This document shows, in pieces, positions 40,301-53,200 of a DNA stretch of 64,000 nucleotides. Where the stretch lies: NCBI GenBank assembly GCA_028023455.1, contig JAQFVV010000003.1, positions 29,698,001 to 29,762,000 on the forward strand. Direction: 5' to 3'. Numbering within the stretch: position 1 is the first letter of the stretch; every line of letters starts with the position of its first letter. Under the pieces are notes generated by a model, which made no database searches, was not told where the DNA came from, and was given only the letters and a program-made list of their open reading frames with translations. This DNA comes from Epiperipatus broadwayi. Lineage: Eukaryota; Animalia; Onychophora. A program made the translations under genes and the position numbers.

Positions 40301-40715
40301 TAGAAATGTTTTATTTTGTTAGAATAAAAGATATTATATTTTTTTTTTTGAAGTTATTATTTTTGTTATTAGATTTATTTTAGTGAAATAGGATTTAGTG
40401 TAAGTTACCTTTGCCAATATGTTTCAATACCCTAGGCTAACAATCGTAAAAAAATATTAATTCTCATTACGACAAAATAAAAATATTATAAAAGGATCTT
40501 TTTTTCTTTTGTTTAAGAGGTGGCTTTTCAGGTTGATGCCTAGGAAATAAAATTAATTTTTAGCATTGTAATCAATTAATAGGCCGAGCGACGGAAATAG
40601 CTGTGTTAAGAATAGAAATACAACTTTCTTTTTTTTTCTTGATACAGTTTGATCAACTCACGCTCAAATATATATTTGGGGCGTATAGTGGTCTAGTAAA
40701 ACGGAAAACGCTACA
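37347..40715 (+). mobile_element. Non-autonomous LTR retrotransposon with long LTRs
   Basis: LTRs 37347-38728 and 39467-40715 (TGTAAC...GCTACA), PBS-like TGGCGACCCAAC at 38730, 738-bp non-coding interior, exact 4-bp TSD ATAC, TATAAAAA at 37688. Confidence 0.92.
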
Positions 40716-41100
40716 ATACTGAAGAAGTATGATGAGGCTACCAATTCCCGGATGATCTATTTTAAAATATTAAAAGACATATCAACTATTCTAGAATGTA
40801 TTACATCATTTGACAAGAGAATTGTTTCTAGTTTCTTCCTCTGCTGCAGTCCACACACTAATTTGACTATTTCCATAGCGTAGAATTTATTTTTCTTGGC
40901 AAATCTATAAGCAATTTTATAGGATGCTTCAAACAAAGGCTTTTGTAAAATGGCAAATCCAAGAGAAGCATCTTTGCTTTTCAAATTGAGCTTTTTTTTT
41001 TGCATGGAAAGACATGACAATTTTTCAGTTTTTCTGGTTTATATTTCTGTTCACAATAACTTTTTCTTATAAAAATACTGTGACTTTTGTTCCATCACAT
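40716..41100 (-). mobile_element. hAT transposase relic, N-terminal part (same element as 36135-37346)
   Basis: LQKPLFEASYKIAYRFAK...EIVKLVCGLQQRKKLETILLSNDVIHSRIVDMSFNILK (ORF 40757..41020), then IIRELVASSYFFSM, which joins DISQCSQ across the LTR-element insertion. Confidence 0.88.
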
Positions 41101-41299
41101 TCATTAATACAAATCAAAATAAATAATACACAACCTTCATCATACTTCCATTTTTTTTTTTTTAACATTCCAATTTAAATTAGGTCTGTAAAATATATAA
41201 TTTAATTGACAGTTTTTAACATTCAGAATTTTGTAAGGTTTTTAAGTAATTTGTTTAATAAATATGTACATGAATAATAATTTCTAAATCTTGGATAGA

Positions 41300-42600
41300 G
41301 ATATTGATTATAGAGTAACTCAGGATCCATGACCTTTCTGGAATTCGGTGTCTTAAATCGCACTTAATGTTATGTGGATTTCAAATTCTTCCTAGAAGCT
41401 TAGTGGCAAATGAAAAACACATCATACAAGTAAATATTTACGTACATTGCTAGAATCATAGATGAGTATGTGCTACAATATCAACAACTGAATGACAAAA
41501 TAGATTTCATAGAATTCGAAAGTGGATGTTTCTGCATATCTATTCATGTTAAAAATAGTCTACTTAGGCAATTATAAATTCTCATTTAACCCAACCATTT
41601 TTGTAAAATTTTGACAATTGATGAAAACTTATTTACTTTCACTTATTCATTAACAAACACTTATAGACAAAAAAATATTTGAAAGTCATGCAATCACTGG
41701 GCAAGGAAAGTGAAAATACTTGATTTTACCAATTAGTAGCCAAACTACTAGTTGTTGAGTTGCTAATACAGATTAAGTAACAAGTAGATTTTTTCAACTA
41801 GTGAAAAAAGTATGCAATAAAGGTAGCCATGCTGACTGGATATGTGTAAGCAGCTTTGTATTTGTCATACAAAACAATTTCAACTTGTTGATTATTAATT
41901 AAATATCATACCATGTTTCTGCAATATAACTGATTGCCTAAAAATACAAGTGATGTCATGGTTAACAAATTTTAACACAAGTAGTTCAGCCAAAATCATT
42001 AATAACCATGCAGCATGTATTAAGTATTTAAGACATGTTTTACTTTGTGATGTATTGTTTTTGGCTTGTTTTTTATTTTATTACAATTATACTGATTATA
42101 ACTGTGTGGTTAAAATTTGATTTTTATAATTTGTGTCGATCCTATGATTTACACTAGAAAAATGGTGTCACCATATTTCAAGAGATCAAAGACACTATTT
42201 GGGAAATCTTTTGTTTGTTATCTATTTCTATTGCCAGAAAATTGTCCAATTAGATCACACACTAGTTTGAATCATGTGAGATCTAGTACCAGATCTAACA
42301 ACTATTGTAATTTCAAAATTGGATGAGTATATATGATTTTTCAAGATATGTAATAATGTGAAATGTAATGAATACTACTGCAATTTATTGCATATACTCA
42401 AAGAGAAGCAAATGTTAGATTTCAGACAAAATAAAGATAATAAGTTGAATTTTTTTCCAATTCAAGCTCATAGACTCTCTGATATTTTCTATGAACACCT
42501 TGGGATCTGTGATCCCTTAATTAAGAATTTCTGCCCTAAAAGAATTCAGATGAGATTTCTTTATAAAACTATTTCAATAAAAATCAATTGAACTATGCAT
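41300..42600 (+). mobile_element. Decayed Helitron/Helentron-type Pif1 helicase fragment
   Basis: ITGQGK*KYLI (Walker A-like, ~41695), VAMLTG..AAL (motif Ia-like) and LIIN*ISYHVSA (cf. LIIDEISMVSA) occur in order. Confidence 0.45.
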
Positions 42601-44536
42601 TTTAAATTAGCAATTTTTTTTAATCAGTTAAAAAAAACACTTTTACAGACATTAAAAAAAAAAAAGTCTGAGAACATTTCAAAAAGATACATTATCTCTA
42701 CCTATTAAATTATAACACCTTTACAAAAAAAAAAAAAAAAACATTCCTTGTAATGAACTTTTCACAATGTTTTATTTAATATGTGACAGTGTTGACAAAC
42801 TAGCAATCCTCTTCAGATCTAAAAAAATAACTGTATTACAATAATCTATTATATAAACATACAATAATTTTATATGTCATTATTTATAAATGTTCTAAAC
42901 ACATAATATATACATTCTTAACAAATTCCAATAATTGAAAACTAAAAATATACCACAGGTCTTCTCATTTAAAGCTTTTCTCAAGCAAACAAACATTAGA
43001 TAGATTAAAAAAAATAAAATTCTGTTTATAAAATACTGGCATATTTACATTTTCTTAACCTTAATATATTTTCTATCACATCATACCAAAACATAAATAC
43101 AATATAGTATTCTAAACAGCATAAACTTTGGGACTTGGAACGATAACACTTTTTTTTATTTCAAGAAATATTCACATCTATGCCTACATGAATGTGCTTT
43201 TTCTATTTATATGTGTGTGAGATAATAAACGCAGTATAACAAAACTTTGATCATCACCCCCCCCCCCGTTTTTTTTTTTTAAACAAAAAAAAAAAAATAC
43301 GAATGCACAAACCTTATATTTCTCTGTTATCAAAGAAACATCATTTACTTTTTTTACAGGCACACATTTATATAAAAACAGAGTTAATAAATTTTGATAA
43401 AAAATGCAAACTTTTATTTCAATATTTTTATTTATTTAAAAATTGAGTCAATTTTTATGTCATAACTATGAACAAAATTATCAACAAATATTAAACTATG
43501 TAGCAGCTATCATTGCTTGAAAAAAAAACGTGGATATTTATTGAGTATATTGTTTGAATGTGGGAATTTTTTCCAATTATAAACAGGGTTGGCTGTAAGT
43601 TTGCAGAATCTCAAAAAAATATTTTCAAAAAATATATTTTTTTTATTATTCAAAAATCATATTTTATCAACTTTTCTTAAAAATTGAGGCTCCTCTGAGT
43701 ACAGAGTTAACGGTGAAAGAGAAGGGCAGTCAGCAATGAGATAGACGGAATTCCATCAAAGCAATATACTTTGTGATCAGTCTAAAAACCCAAGATGATA
43801 CGTGTTGGAAAAATGTTGTATTATAGTCAATAATATTTCTGTAGTGTAATTTTCACTATACTACTCTCAGCAAAGTGTTAAAAGTGGAAAAACCCAATCA
43901 TACTTTGCATGAAAGTAATGTGAAAATTACATTATAGAAATATTATTCATTAAGTGGATAATCTTTATGAAGTATTATAACTTTATCTTTCCTATTGCAT
44001 TGCCAAATCCATATAATATTAATATCATCTATGTTCTTTTAACACTTTTACAATGTTTTTTTTTTTTTTACAACCTAATATCACAGTTTCGATTGTCATA
44101 TTAGAGTTGTAAAAAAAAGCATTGTAAAAGTATTAAAAAATATAGATGATATTAAGTAGATAATCTTTAGTCTAAAATGATTAATTAATAATAGTGTTTA
44201 AATATTTTACAACTCAAAGTAAGGATTCATATTAATAAATATTTGTTTTAAAACTATAAAATATTTTTAATGTATTAAAAAGTAAAATATAAATTGGCTA
44301 CGCTCGCTTGCAGATTTTCGTTATGCCTTCAAATATTTTTTCCTATTTACTATTTCCTTAGAAGCACAGTATTACTATTTTTAACTTTTTCAAATTAATA
44401 TCTCTCAAATCAAAAGTTTCAGTATATTTGTTATTAATTGCTTACGTTTAACTATACTGAGAAAAAAATTTTGTTTTACGTGGGTATATGAATATGCAAT
44501 TTATGTAACTACAAAAACATATCAAAATAAACAAGG

Positions 44537-44584
44537 ATATTCATAACTACAAATAGTGATATATTCATAACTACAAATAGTGAT
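44537..44584. repeat. Exact 24-bp tandem duplication
   Basis: ATATTCATAACTACAAATAGTGAT x2. Confidence 0.9.
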
Positions 44585-44911
44585 ACATTCACATGCTGTT
44601 TTTAATTTTATTTAGTAGAGAACAAAAAAAAATATTTCAATAGTTTCCATAAAATTATATTGAATATAGTTTAAGAAGAATCACAACTATGGACTTTTAA
44701 TGCCGACGCCCTCTTTTGTCAAAAGAAACAATCTATTCAGATTGGGATGTTGAGTAAATTAGCAGACGATTTTTAAATTAAATAAAAACGCCAACAAATT
44801 TAAAACATTGATTAGAAATATAAGTAATAATTATTTATTTTTATTTTAATTCACTTTCATTAAATGATAGTTACTATCACATAAAAATAAGTTTATTAGC
44901 TGATACTGTAC

Positions 44912-45012
44912 CTGCCTAATTTTTTCATATTCAGATTCTCTCTGTTCAGGTTTTACCTTCTTCGCATTGCCAAAAAAATTTTTCATCCGCTCATCCAAAC
45001 TATCCATTGCAT
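44912..45012 (-). CDS. ING3: ING3 exon 3 (N)AMDSLDERMKNFFGNAKKVKPEQRESEYEKIRQ
   Basis: TTAG|AT...CAG|GTACAG, 101 nt, restores phase 0. Similar to the ING3 segment NAMDQLEQRVSEFFMNAKKNKPEWREEQ. Confidence 0.95.
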
Positions 45013-45102
45013 CTAATACATGTAAAAATATATGAATTGACTTGGAGAAAAATATGATATAATGACAAAATATAATAAATTTTTGGTAGCAAGTTTACTT
45101 AC

Positions 45103-45174
45103 TTTGAACTTGCAAATCCATTTCGCGCATTTCCGTAAAGCGATCGCGTAATTCCGAGGGTAAATGCTCTATCA
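45103..45174 (-). CDS. ING3: ING3 exon 2 (M)IEHLPSELRDRFTEMREMDLQVQ
   Basis: TTAAG|TG...CAAA|GTAAGT, 72 nt, phase-compatible with exons 1 and 3. Closely matches the ING3 motif LRDRFTEMREMDLQVQ. Confidence 0.97.
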
Positions 45175-45285
45175 CTTAAAAAAAACGAGAGATTACATTT
45201 AATACTAAACGTGAAAAGACAAAGTCTCCAAATTTTATTTGTCAACATTTACTTTATGACAAAATTACTAAAAAAAAGTTCTTAC

Positions 45286-45313
45286 TTTCCAAATAATCCT
45301 CTAAATACAACAT
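45286..45313 (-). CDS. ING3: Inhibitor of growth 3, coding exon 1 (MLYLEDYLE + 1 nt)
   Basis: Reverse strand reads ATG TTG TAT TTA GAG GAT TAT TTG GAA A|GTAAG, the known ING3 N-terminus MLYLEDYLE. 28 nt, canonical donor. Confidence 0.96.
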
Positions 45314-45579
45314 CTTGGTGGCTGGATTTTCAACAAACAACTACTATATGAAGACCAAATTATATACTGTCAATAGAAGAGATAAATTCCTATTGGCTAA
45401 ATAATTTATCAAGCTTTGTAAAAGAAATGAATATTTTTACATTTTGATAGCATTTTTAATTGTTTTTTTATACTAAAAGCATACAAAATTGTATAAAATA
45501 ACTTCACTAAAATTTTCCACCAAATATATTCTTTTTGTAGTAAATATAACTAATATTTTAATCTTGTTATATTACAAAT

Positions 45580-45880
45580 TTTGACCAATCACAATAAGGT
45601 TTATAATAAATTTTTGGTAGAATTTATAGAAACGTTTGCTTCGAAAATACGCCATTTTGATCTCTCATTATCATGATTTTTAAATAACATAAGTATAAAA
45701 CTTAACTAAAAACTATAACACATAATAGCGTAATTGTATGTATAAACTAAAAATAATTAATATTTCGTAAAAATTACAAATATTATTATTTTTATACATT
45801 GAAAAAAAAAAGGCACCCATTACTACGCATGTGCTAAGTTTCTAATACAAACCTCAAACATTTTTGCCGGAAGTGAATTT
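45580..45880. promoter_or_regulatory. Putative ING3 core/proximal promoter
   Basis: GACCAATCAC (NF-Y-like, CCAAT 45585-89), CGCCATTTT (YY1-like, 45650-58), TACGCATGTGC (NRF1-like, 45824-34) and CCGGAAGTG (ETS-like, 45867-75) lie within 600 bp upstream of the ATG. CpG is locally retained. Confidence 0.6.
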
Positions 45881-47039
45881 TAGTTTTCTTTTCCTGTTTT
45901 CATTTAGGGATATCTGTACAAAAGAATATTTATTTGCTTTCCTTATTTTGTTACTACAGAAAATAAAAATATAATTATACGATATTTTAATTAAACAATT
46001 ATTTATAGAAATACTGTACTGTCTTATTTATTAATAGACTGTAATTTTCTTAGCATTTTGATAAAAAGTATAAATAAAGTTATTTAGAGAGAGAGAGATG
46101 TTTTATAAATTTCGACAGTCATTTTACTAATTTTGCAGAAAATTCTAGAACAAAATGAAATATATTAATATTATAAAAATATATCTTTAATTATAAGATA
46201 TAAGTTATAAAAAAAGATTTTATATTTTTTGTTTTTTTTTTTATATGTGGGTTAGGATTTAAAATTTATATAGTGAAAAATAATGAAATATACTTACAGA
46301 TTTCTGATGAAGGCTGTAAATCAACTAAAATATAAAAAATGAAAACTGCTTTACAGTTGGTAATCTTTCTAAAGTTTTTTTTTTTTTGCTGGCATTTTCT
46401 TCTAAATCCTGTTGGTTCTAAATAAATACTCATTTGCAATCTTGTTCATTATATCCATCCACCATTGATAACTTAAAATAACCGTTTTTCATAATTCCAA
46501 AATTTTATTAAATACACTTAATACAAAAAACAGTGTTAAATGCCCATCTGTTCCTATGAAATTTCTATAAATTTCATAACTTTTCATATACCTTCAATTC
46601 CTTTAATGTATAATTATGGATATATTCTTTTTCTTTCTCATTAAACATTTCTCTTAATTTACCAATGTATCTTGACCATATAAATTACCTATCTTATGAT
46701 TCTTATTTTCAATTTTCTTTCTCATACATCCTTAATAATAGTTCATATTTTCTGTAACTTATTTAGTTTGGTTAAATTTATTAGAAATAAATTTAACTTA
46801 TATAGGAAATAAATTCATATTGATAAAATTATCTTTAATTGAGCTAATTTTAGAAATAACTCGCTTATATAAGAAACAAATTCCTAGAAATAAGGGGGGG
46901 GGGGAATCTTAATTAAATTTATTGGGAAATAAATTTTGCTGTATAAATTTTAAGTGATTTTCTAGTAAATAAAAATATAATGAATCTATTATGTTAACTG
47001 AAGTAAAGAAAAACTGATAACAGAGTTAAATTGGTTCAT

Positions 47040-48800
47040 GTAGAAACTAATTAAACCAACAAAATAAAGAAATATTTCCCGAATTTCACAGTAAAAATAG
47101 TTACTCCAGAAAAAGAGGTATAAAAACTAGAGAGAAACAAATAGTTTGTTCTCTTTTTCTTTTCCAGACTTCACTTTTTGTCATGCTTTTGAAGCAGTAG
47201 AAAATCATTGATGAATGTCATTCCCATGGTCTTGGCTCCTGTAGGTAAACAAGCTGATTAGGGACTAAGCAGATTGTCCTGATTTTATTATTATTTTGTG
47301 AATACCCGAATAGCTTGTCCAGAGTTTAATAGCAAGACTTTAGTAGAAGTAAAGTAAATCTTTGCAAATTGTTAATATTTATAGAACCATATAAGCAATG
47401 ACTTTGTCTTAAGTAGTTTCTGGATATAATATATATTGAACCAATATCCCATGTATAAAAGGCATATGTATGCTTATATTAATGTATAGTTTATATTTAT
47501 GTTTTTTTGTGTGTATATTAATTACTGTAACATACAATATTAAATTATTTTAAAACTAAGTTATTCAATTCTGTTGAGTGTGTGTTTGAATTAGGGTTAG
47601 CTATTAATATTTGTTAGTCACCCAGCAATACGAGTTGAAACACAGCAAAACATTGGTGTAGTCATGAAGCTTGAACCTAGCTTTAAAGGTAAACTAGAAC
47701 TTGTTATAATTCAGCCCTCAGAATAGAAAACTGTGTTTATTCAGTCAAACTAACATAACTGAATTAGATGTCAGTAACATATTAGAGGGACCATTATATA
47801 TATAATGCAAATAGAGAATTTTTTTACATTAAATGGAATTGAGATGATAAGTGAAGAGTAGCTGTATTATTATGTTTTTCTAGTAAAAAAGTAATCAAAG
47901 TTAGAGATTTTTTTGAAATACCCATAATTGAGAATGTATTATATGAGGAAATAATAAAGGAATTAAGTGGTTATTTTTGTCCTCGCCTATCCAGGCATAT
48001 ATCTTGCTTAACTTTAAGAAACAGAAAGCAGTTTAAAAGGGAGAAAATCAATGATTTTAATTCAGCCCTGAGGGAGTTAGCAAAAGATTGCAGATATGGT
48101 GAATTCGTTAAGGAAATACTCATGGATCAGTTATTATGGAGTATATCTGAGGATAGGCTTAGGCAACCATTGCTAACAAAGACTGTTCTTACTTATGCAA
48201 TGTCATTAAGAAAGGTATTACCTATGAGTTAATACTTGAACAGGCTTACACTTTTAGAACTAAAACTGATGAAAATATTAATATGGGAATTTTCAAGACA
48301 GTAAAAGAAAGTACAATTCTATGGAGGTTTGATCACGAAAAGAGTATTAAGATCACATGCTTCTGCTGTGGTAGATTATACTATATAACAAAAAAATGCA
48401 AGTGGCAGAAAGAAACATTATAAATGCAAAAAAGGGATATTTAGTGCATGTATGTGAAAAAGAAAGGAAACAGGAAAATTTAAAATAAATTTCAGTTGCA
48501 AGAAAATAGGGGAGGCAAACTTATGTCTACTCACATTATAAAAAACATGGCAATCCAAGGTCTAAAGCAGTTTATGATTATTTTACAAATTTACAGAAAA
48601 GAAGATACTTTGGTAATTGACAGTGGCTCAGGAATATCCTTAATGTCACAAACATTGGAAGGCACTGTCAGCTGTTACTGTTAAAAGTCAATTAAAAAAC
48701 AACAACATCAAAGCACAAGATGTAAATGGAAATGCACTAAGATTGCTGGGTCTCATTGAGGTTAATTATATCAGCAATCGATATTTTACAATTATTATTT
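47040..48800 (+). mobile_element. Truncated Gypsy (Mag-like) relic: 5' LTR-like region, gag, protease
   Basis: ACA-TTGGTGTAG PBS-like junction ~47650; gag YEEIIKELSGYFCP...LRELAKDCRYGEF..ILMDQLLW; CFCCG knuckle remnant; protease LVIDSGSGISLMS (ORF 48496..48684). Left boundary uncertain. Confidence 0.75.
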
Positions 48801-49414
48801 TTAAGACTATTGGGTCTTATTAAAGCTAATCGTATTAGCAATTGATGTTTTACAATTATTAATTTTAAACTTGTGCATATCACTATATATATATATATTT
48901 CCATATTTTCTTTTTCCACCCTATGTTTTATTGAAGTGGTAATGGCAGAACTCTAGAGTTCAAGATTCATAGCCCAGGTCTGTCACTTGGTGCTCAAAAT
49001 TTTATAAACTCCTGAACAATAAAACCACTTATTTAGTTTTTTATTCCACTCTTTCATATCCTTCCCATTTTTAGTAACTAATATCACTATACAATTCTTA
49101 ATTTTTATTTATCCTATTTAGCCTAAATCTACGTATGTTTTTTACACTTTTTAACAGATCCTCTTTAACATCAACTCTATTCTTTTACTTTTTAAAATCC
49201 TCACCATATATATCTAGTCACTTTCATTCACATGCATTTTTTCTTCATCTCTCATGTATTTCTACCACTGCTCACAAATTTACTTATTTTTCCTGTAAAA
49301 ACTTCCAACCTTAATACTTTTATTAAATATTTTCTTATAATAAGTTATTTATTTATCATGACTGTTAAATATTTTCTTATAACTATTCTCATACATCTTT
49401 TTTTAATATATATA

Positions 49415-50266
49415 CACCTGGGTCTCGTTTTACGCGATAGATAGGTTCCTCAGAAAACACGTGCAAAAGAAATCGCGCAAAAATAGATGTAACTTACATT
49501 GAAAAAGGGGGGATGTGGTCTGTGATTTTTCAAAATTCGCGTAAAAGCAAAGCATCAACATAAAATTATTTTAAAATTCGCACAAAAAAAAAAATAAGGA
49601 AATAAAATATGACTAATAAAAAATTTCAAATTTGAAAAAAATTGATACAAGACAAACTTTTTTTAACTATAATATTTAATTTTATTCAAAATAATATATT
49701 TTTATACATAATTTACAGTACAATAATTTACATTTTTTATACACGTTTTAATTATTATGATTATCTGGTGACAACGTAATTAGTAATTAATCTTTGAGAC
49801 GATGATTTTATTAATTGTTTACGAAGCTCGCGATATCCAGACATACAACCATTTAGCTCTCATTGGAATTTAAGAGCACGTTAATGATTAGTGTCATTAA
49901 AAAGAAAATAATAATTGATTATATTCTTTTTTAAAAAGCAAAAACAGAATGTGATTTAAAATGCAAAATTAACACGTGCAATGTTTGAATAAATTTACAT
50001 TGTAATCTTGTAAAATTTAATAAGTGTATACATAAAATGTGGAAATCATGATTTTAATTTCATTATTATAAAGCACTGAAAATATTGAAATTACTAAGAT
50101 GAAAGTCGAATTCCAATAATGTGCTATTACTTTCAATATAACGTAAGTGCGCGAAATTTATTATTTAAAGTAATAGCGCATTATCGGAAATCGATTTCCG
50201 GTGAAACACGAATCGCGTAACTTCAAAATCATGTTAAATAAGTCCACGTAAATAGAGACCCAGGTG
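49415..50266. mobile_element. Tc1/mariner-superfamily (pogo/Tigger-like) MITE
   Basis: TIRs CACCTGGGTCTCGTTTTACGCG / CCACGTAAATAGAGACCCAGGTG in TA-run context, non-coding interior, CpG retained. Confidence 0.8.
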
Positions 50267-50279
50267 TGTATATATATAT

Positions 50280-53200
50280 TGTAACCATATGGTTTTGGCT
50301 CTATCACATTAAGCTTTATTCAGTGATCCAGTAAGTAAAATTTTAAATTTTTAATTAATAATATTTATTAATACATTGAAAATCAGTGTGTAAAGATCAG
50401 TTATAGGGTGAAATGCTTGTTGAAGTATTATTTTCCAACTAAGCAAAAGCTCACCAATAAATATCCTGAAAGTGATGATGATTTGGACTGTTTGTGATGC
50501 ACTAGAAAATCTGATAGAGTGGATATTTATTCCATAAACAGTTTGTCAGAGGGTCTAGTGGCAGCTCTATTTCAAATGATATTTTAATAGTATAAAACCA
50601 ATTTGGAAGTATGAAAATATTTAGCATTTTATTATTATTATTAAACAGTAATTAAAAAACAAAAAACAAAAAAACAAAATCAATTTATAATTCTTCTAAA
50701 TTTTTTTTAAACAATCTTTAAATCTATTGTATTGCAATCTAAAATGATATGAAAGTGTCTAGGTGATCGTCACTAGAGGGACAAATTAATTTATTCACAC
50801 TGTTTGTTATTGGCCCATTTAGTACCATAATGCATTGTAATACAAGGTATAAATAATATAACAAAGTTTGTAAGGGGGGGAAGGGTTACTATGAGAAGAA
50901 AATCAGAATAAGAAGACTTCAATTCTACACTTATAAAATAAAGTAAAAAGAAAAGCTGAAAAGTAATAACCTTGTGAATTAGATTGAAAAAAATTACAGG
51001 AGTATGTGGAATTAAAAGTATGGAGTAGAAACTTTAAAACCTTGTATTATTTCAACACTGTTTCCCATCGATCCTATAATTCCTAATATGCATATACTGG
51101 AGAAGCTGGAATGACCGCCATCTGGATAATTATTTGCCTCAACAAATACTATTTCAAAACAAAGAACTATTCCAGAAAAAGTAAGCAACTACTTTTATTA
51201 GTTTGTACTAGTCAATTTTCAGATTTAAAAATAACATGGAAATTATTTGGACTTAAAAGACAAAGACTAAAATGTTTTGGTTTTCGCACTCTTAAGTATA
51301 AAGCAGAAAAATACATTTGCTTATAAATTGTACTTTGTATAACATATAATTCGAAATAATTTTGAACAAAAGTGTGAAAATATTAAGTAGACAAATTTAA
51401 AAATTCATTTTTTTTAAAAGTCATATAAAGTTTAATTAATTTAAAAAGAAAAATGCATAAATTCATTTCTTATTCTTATTACAGAAGAAAACTCGTCTGC
51501 TCAATGGTGTTTCAGCACGAATTTGCTTAGTTATTGAAAATGGAAAATGACAGATTATTAATGCCAAGTATATTGTATTGATAATTGCTCACAATTGAAT
51601 AAATTCTTCTTAATATTATTAAACACATTAATTTGCTGATAGAAATGAATAAATAAATATTTACTTTTTAGTCTTTATTGTGCAATTTGCAAATTAATAA
51701 TATTTTAAGATGTTTTAAAATTGCCCTGATCATTTAAAATTATGACAGATATCTTTGCAGAGGGAAAAACAAAATGAATCAATAAATGATTTTAAAAAGT
51801 TGAGCTTGTTAATGGTAATGAAACTACAAACATATTTAAGGAAAATTATCTACAGAAAGTATGGATAAACCTATTTTAATTGTACTACACTTGGAAGTGT
51901 TTAAATATTATTTCACCATGCTGACATCGATCAATAAATAATTAAAAAAAATTGAGCTTGTTAATTGTGATGAGCCTATAAATTCCTTTTAAGAAAATTT
52001 ATCTACAGAAAGTATGGATAAACCTATCTTAATCATCTTACACTCGGAAAAGCTTTTGAATATTGTCTCACTATGCTAGCATCGAACATAATAAATAAAA
52101 TATATATATGCATTTTTTAGGAATATTTGCTCATGATATTAGTTTTCTTATCATTTTTGCTCATAAGGATGGAACAAACTTTGACTAATAGGATAAAATC
52201 TAATAGGAGAAAATGTTCGTTATTTATTTTTTGTTATTGCTATGCTTAGTATTATAATACATTTTTGTCATGTATTATACAGGGATTTTATATATATATT
52301 TAGTTAAGGAGGAAGAGATATATAAAGATATATACATTTATTACACATATTTTGTTATTTTCCCACTTAAGGGAAAACTTAATATTAAATATTTATTTAG
52401 ACAGAGAGGGAGAGAGCTATTTATTTCTCACATTTTTTTTTAAACAGATTTTAATATTTTCTTGAAGGGTAAACAAACAGACCCAAATTTTATCACAGTT
52501 ATACACATAATGACCCAATTGTTTTATTATATGAAATAATTAATATAAGCATTTTTCATTTCTTAATTTTGCCTATGAATGAATATATCCACTTTAAATA
52601 CAAAATGTAAGTTGATCTTCATTGTTTACATGTGTATGGCTTGCTATAAAAAAGTATAATTATTACTTTAAAATAATTAATGGTCATTTGACTTATATGT
52701 TGGTGGTTTGTTTATTAATACATTAATAATTTCTGCATTGTGAAATGGAATATTTATGTTTCCACTTTTATTGTTAGTGTTATTTTATCTTGCTATTGGA
52801 TTGATAAGGATTTGTGACAGCTTTCAGCTGATAAGTATGTGCCACATATAATGGCATCAAATAGTGTAATATTAATATTAATATTGTGCATGGGCTGATG
52901 GAGAATCCCCCATTGCTGATTACATGAGAGGATAATATTGTCAAGGCTGATTAATAGTTAGTGCTTAGTTAGCATAGTTAATCCTGAGAGGATAATATCC
53001 ATGGTCTGAATTCTATTTCCCTGTGATGAGGCAATGCCCACACTTTTATACCCTGAAAATGTATTAAAATTGTCCATATTATTGTACTACTATCATGTTG
53101 TTTTGTAAAGCCTCCCTTTATTTTTTGGTCCCTCATGAGGTTATATAGTTAGTTTTCCAACATGTGGTCTATCTATAGTGTTTGCCTAATTAGAATAGTG

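Noticed and set aside
46298-46324. 27-nt minus-strand micro-exon (TTTTAG|...|GTAAGT) upstream of ING3
   Set aside because: No recognisable peptide, overlaps a hammerhead-like relic and lies beyond the promoter motifs. It cannot be supported without RNA data.
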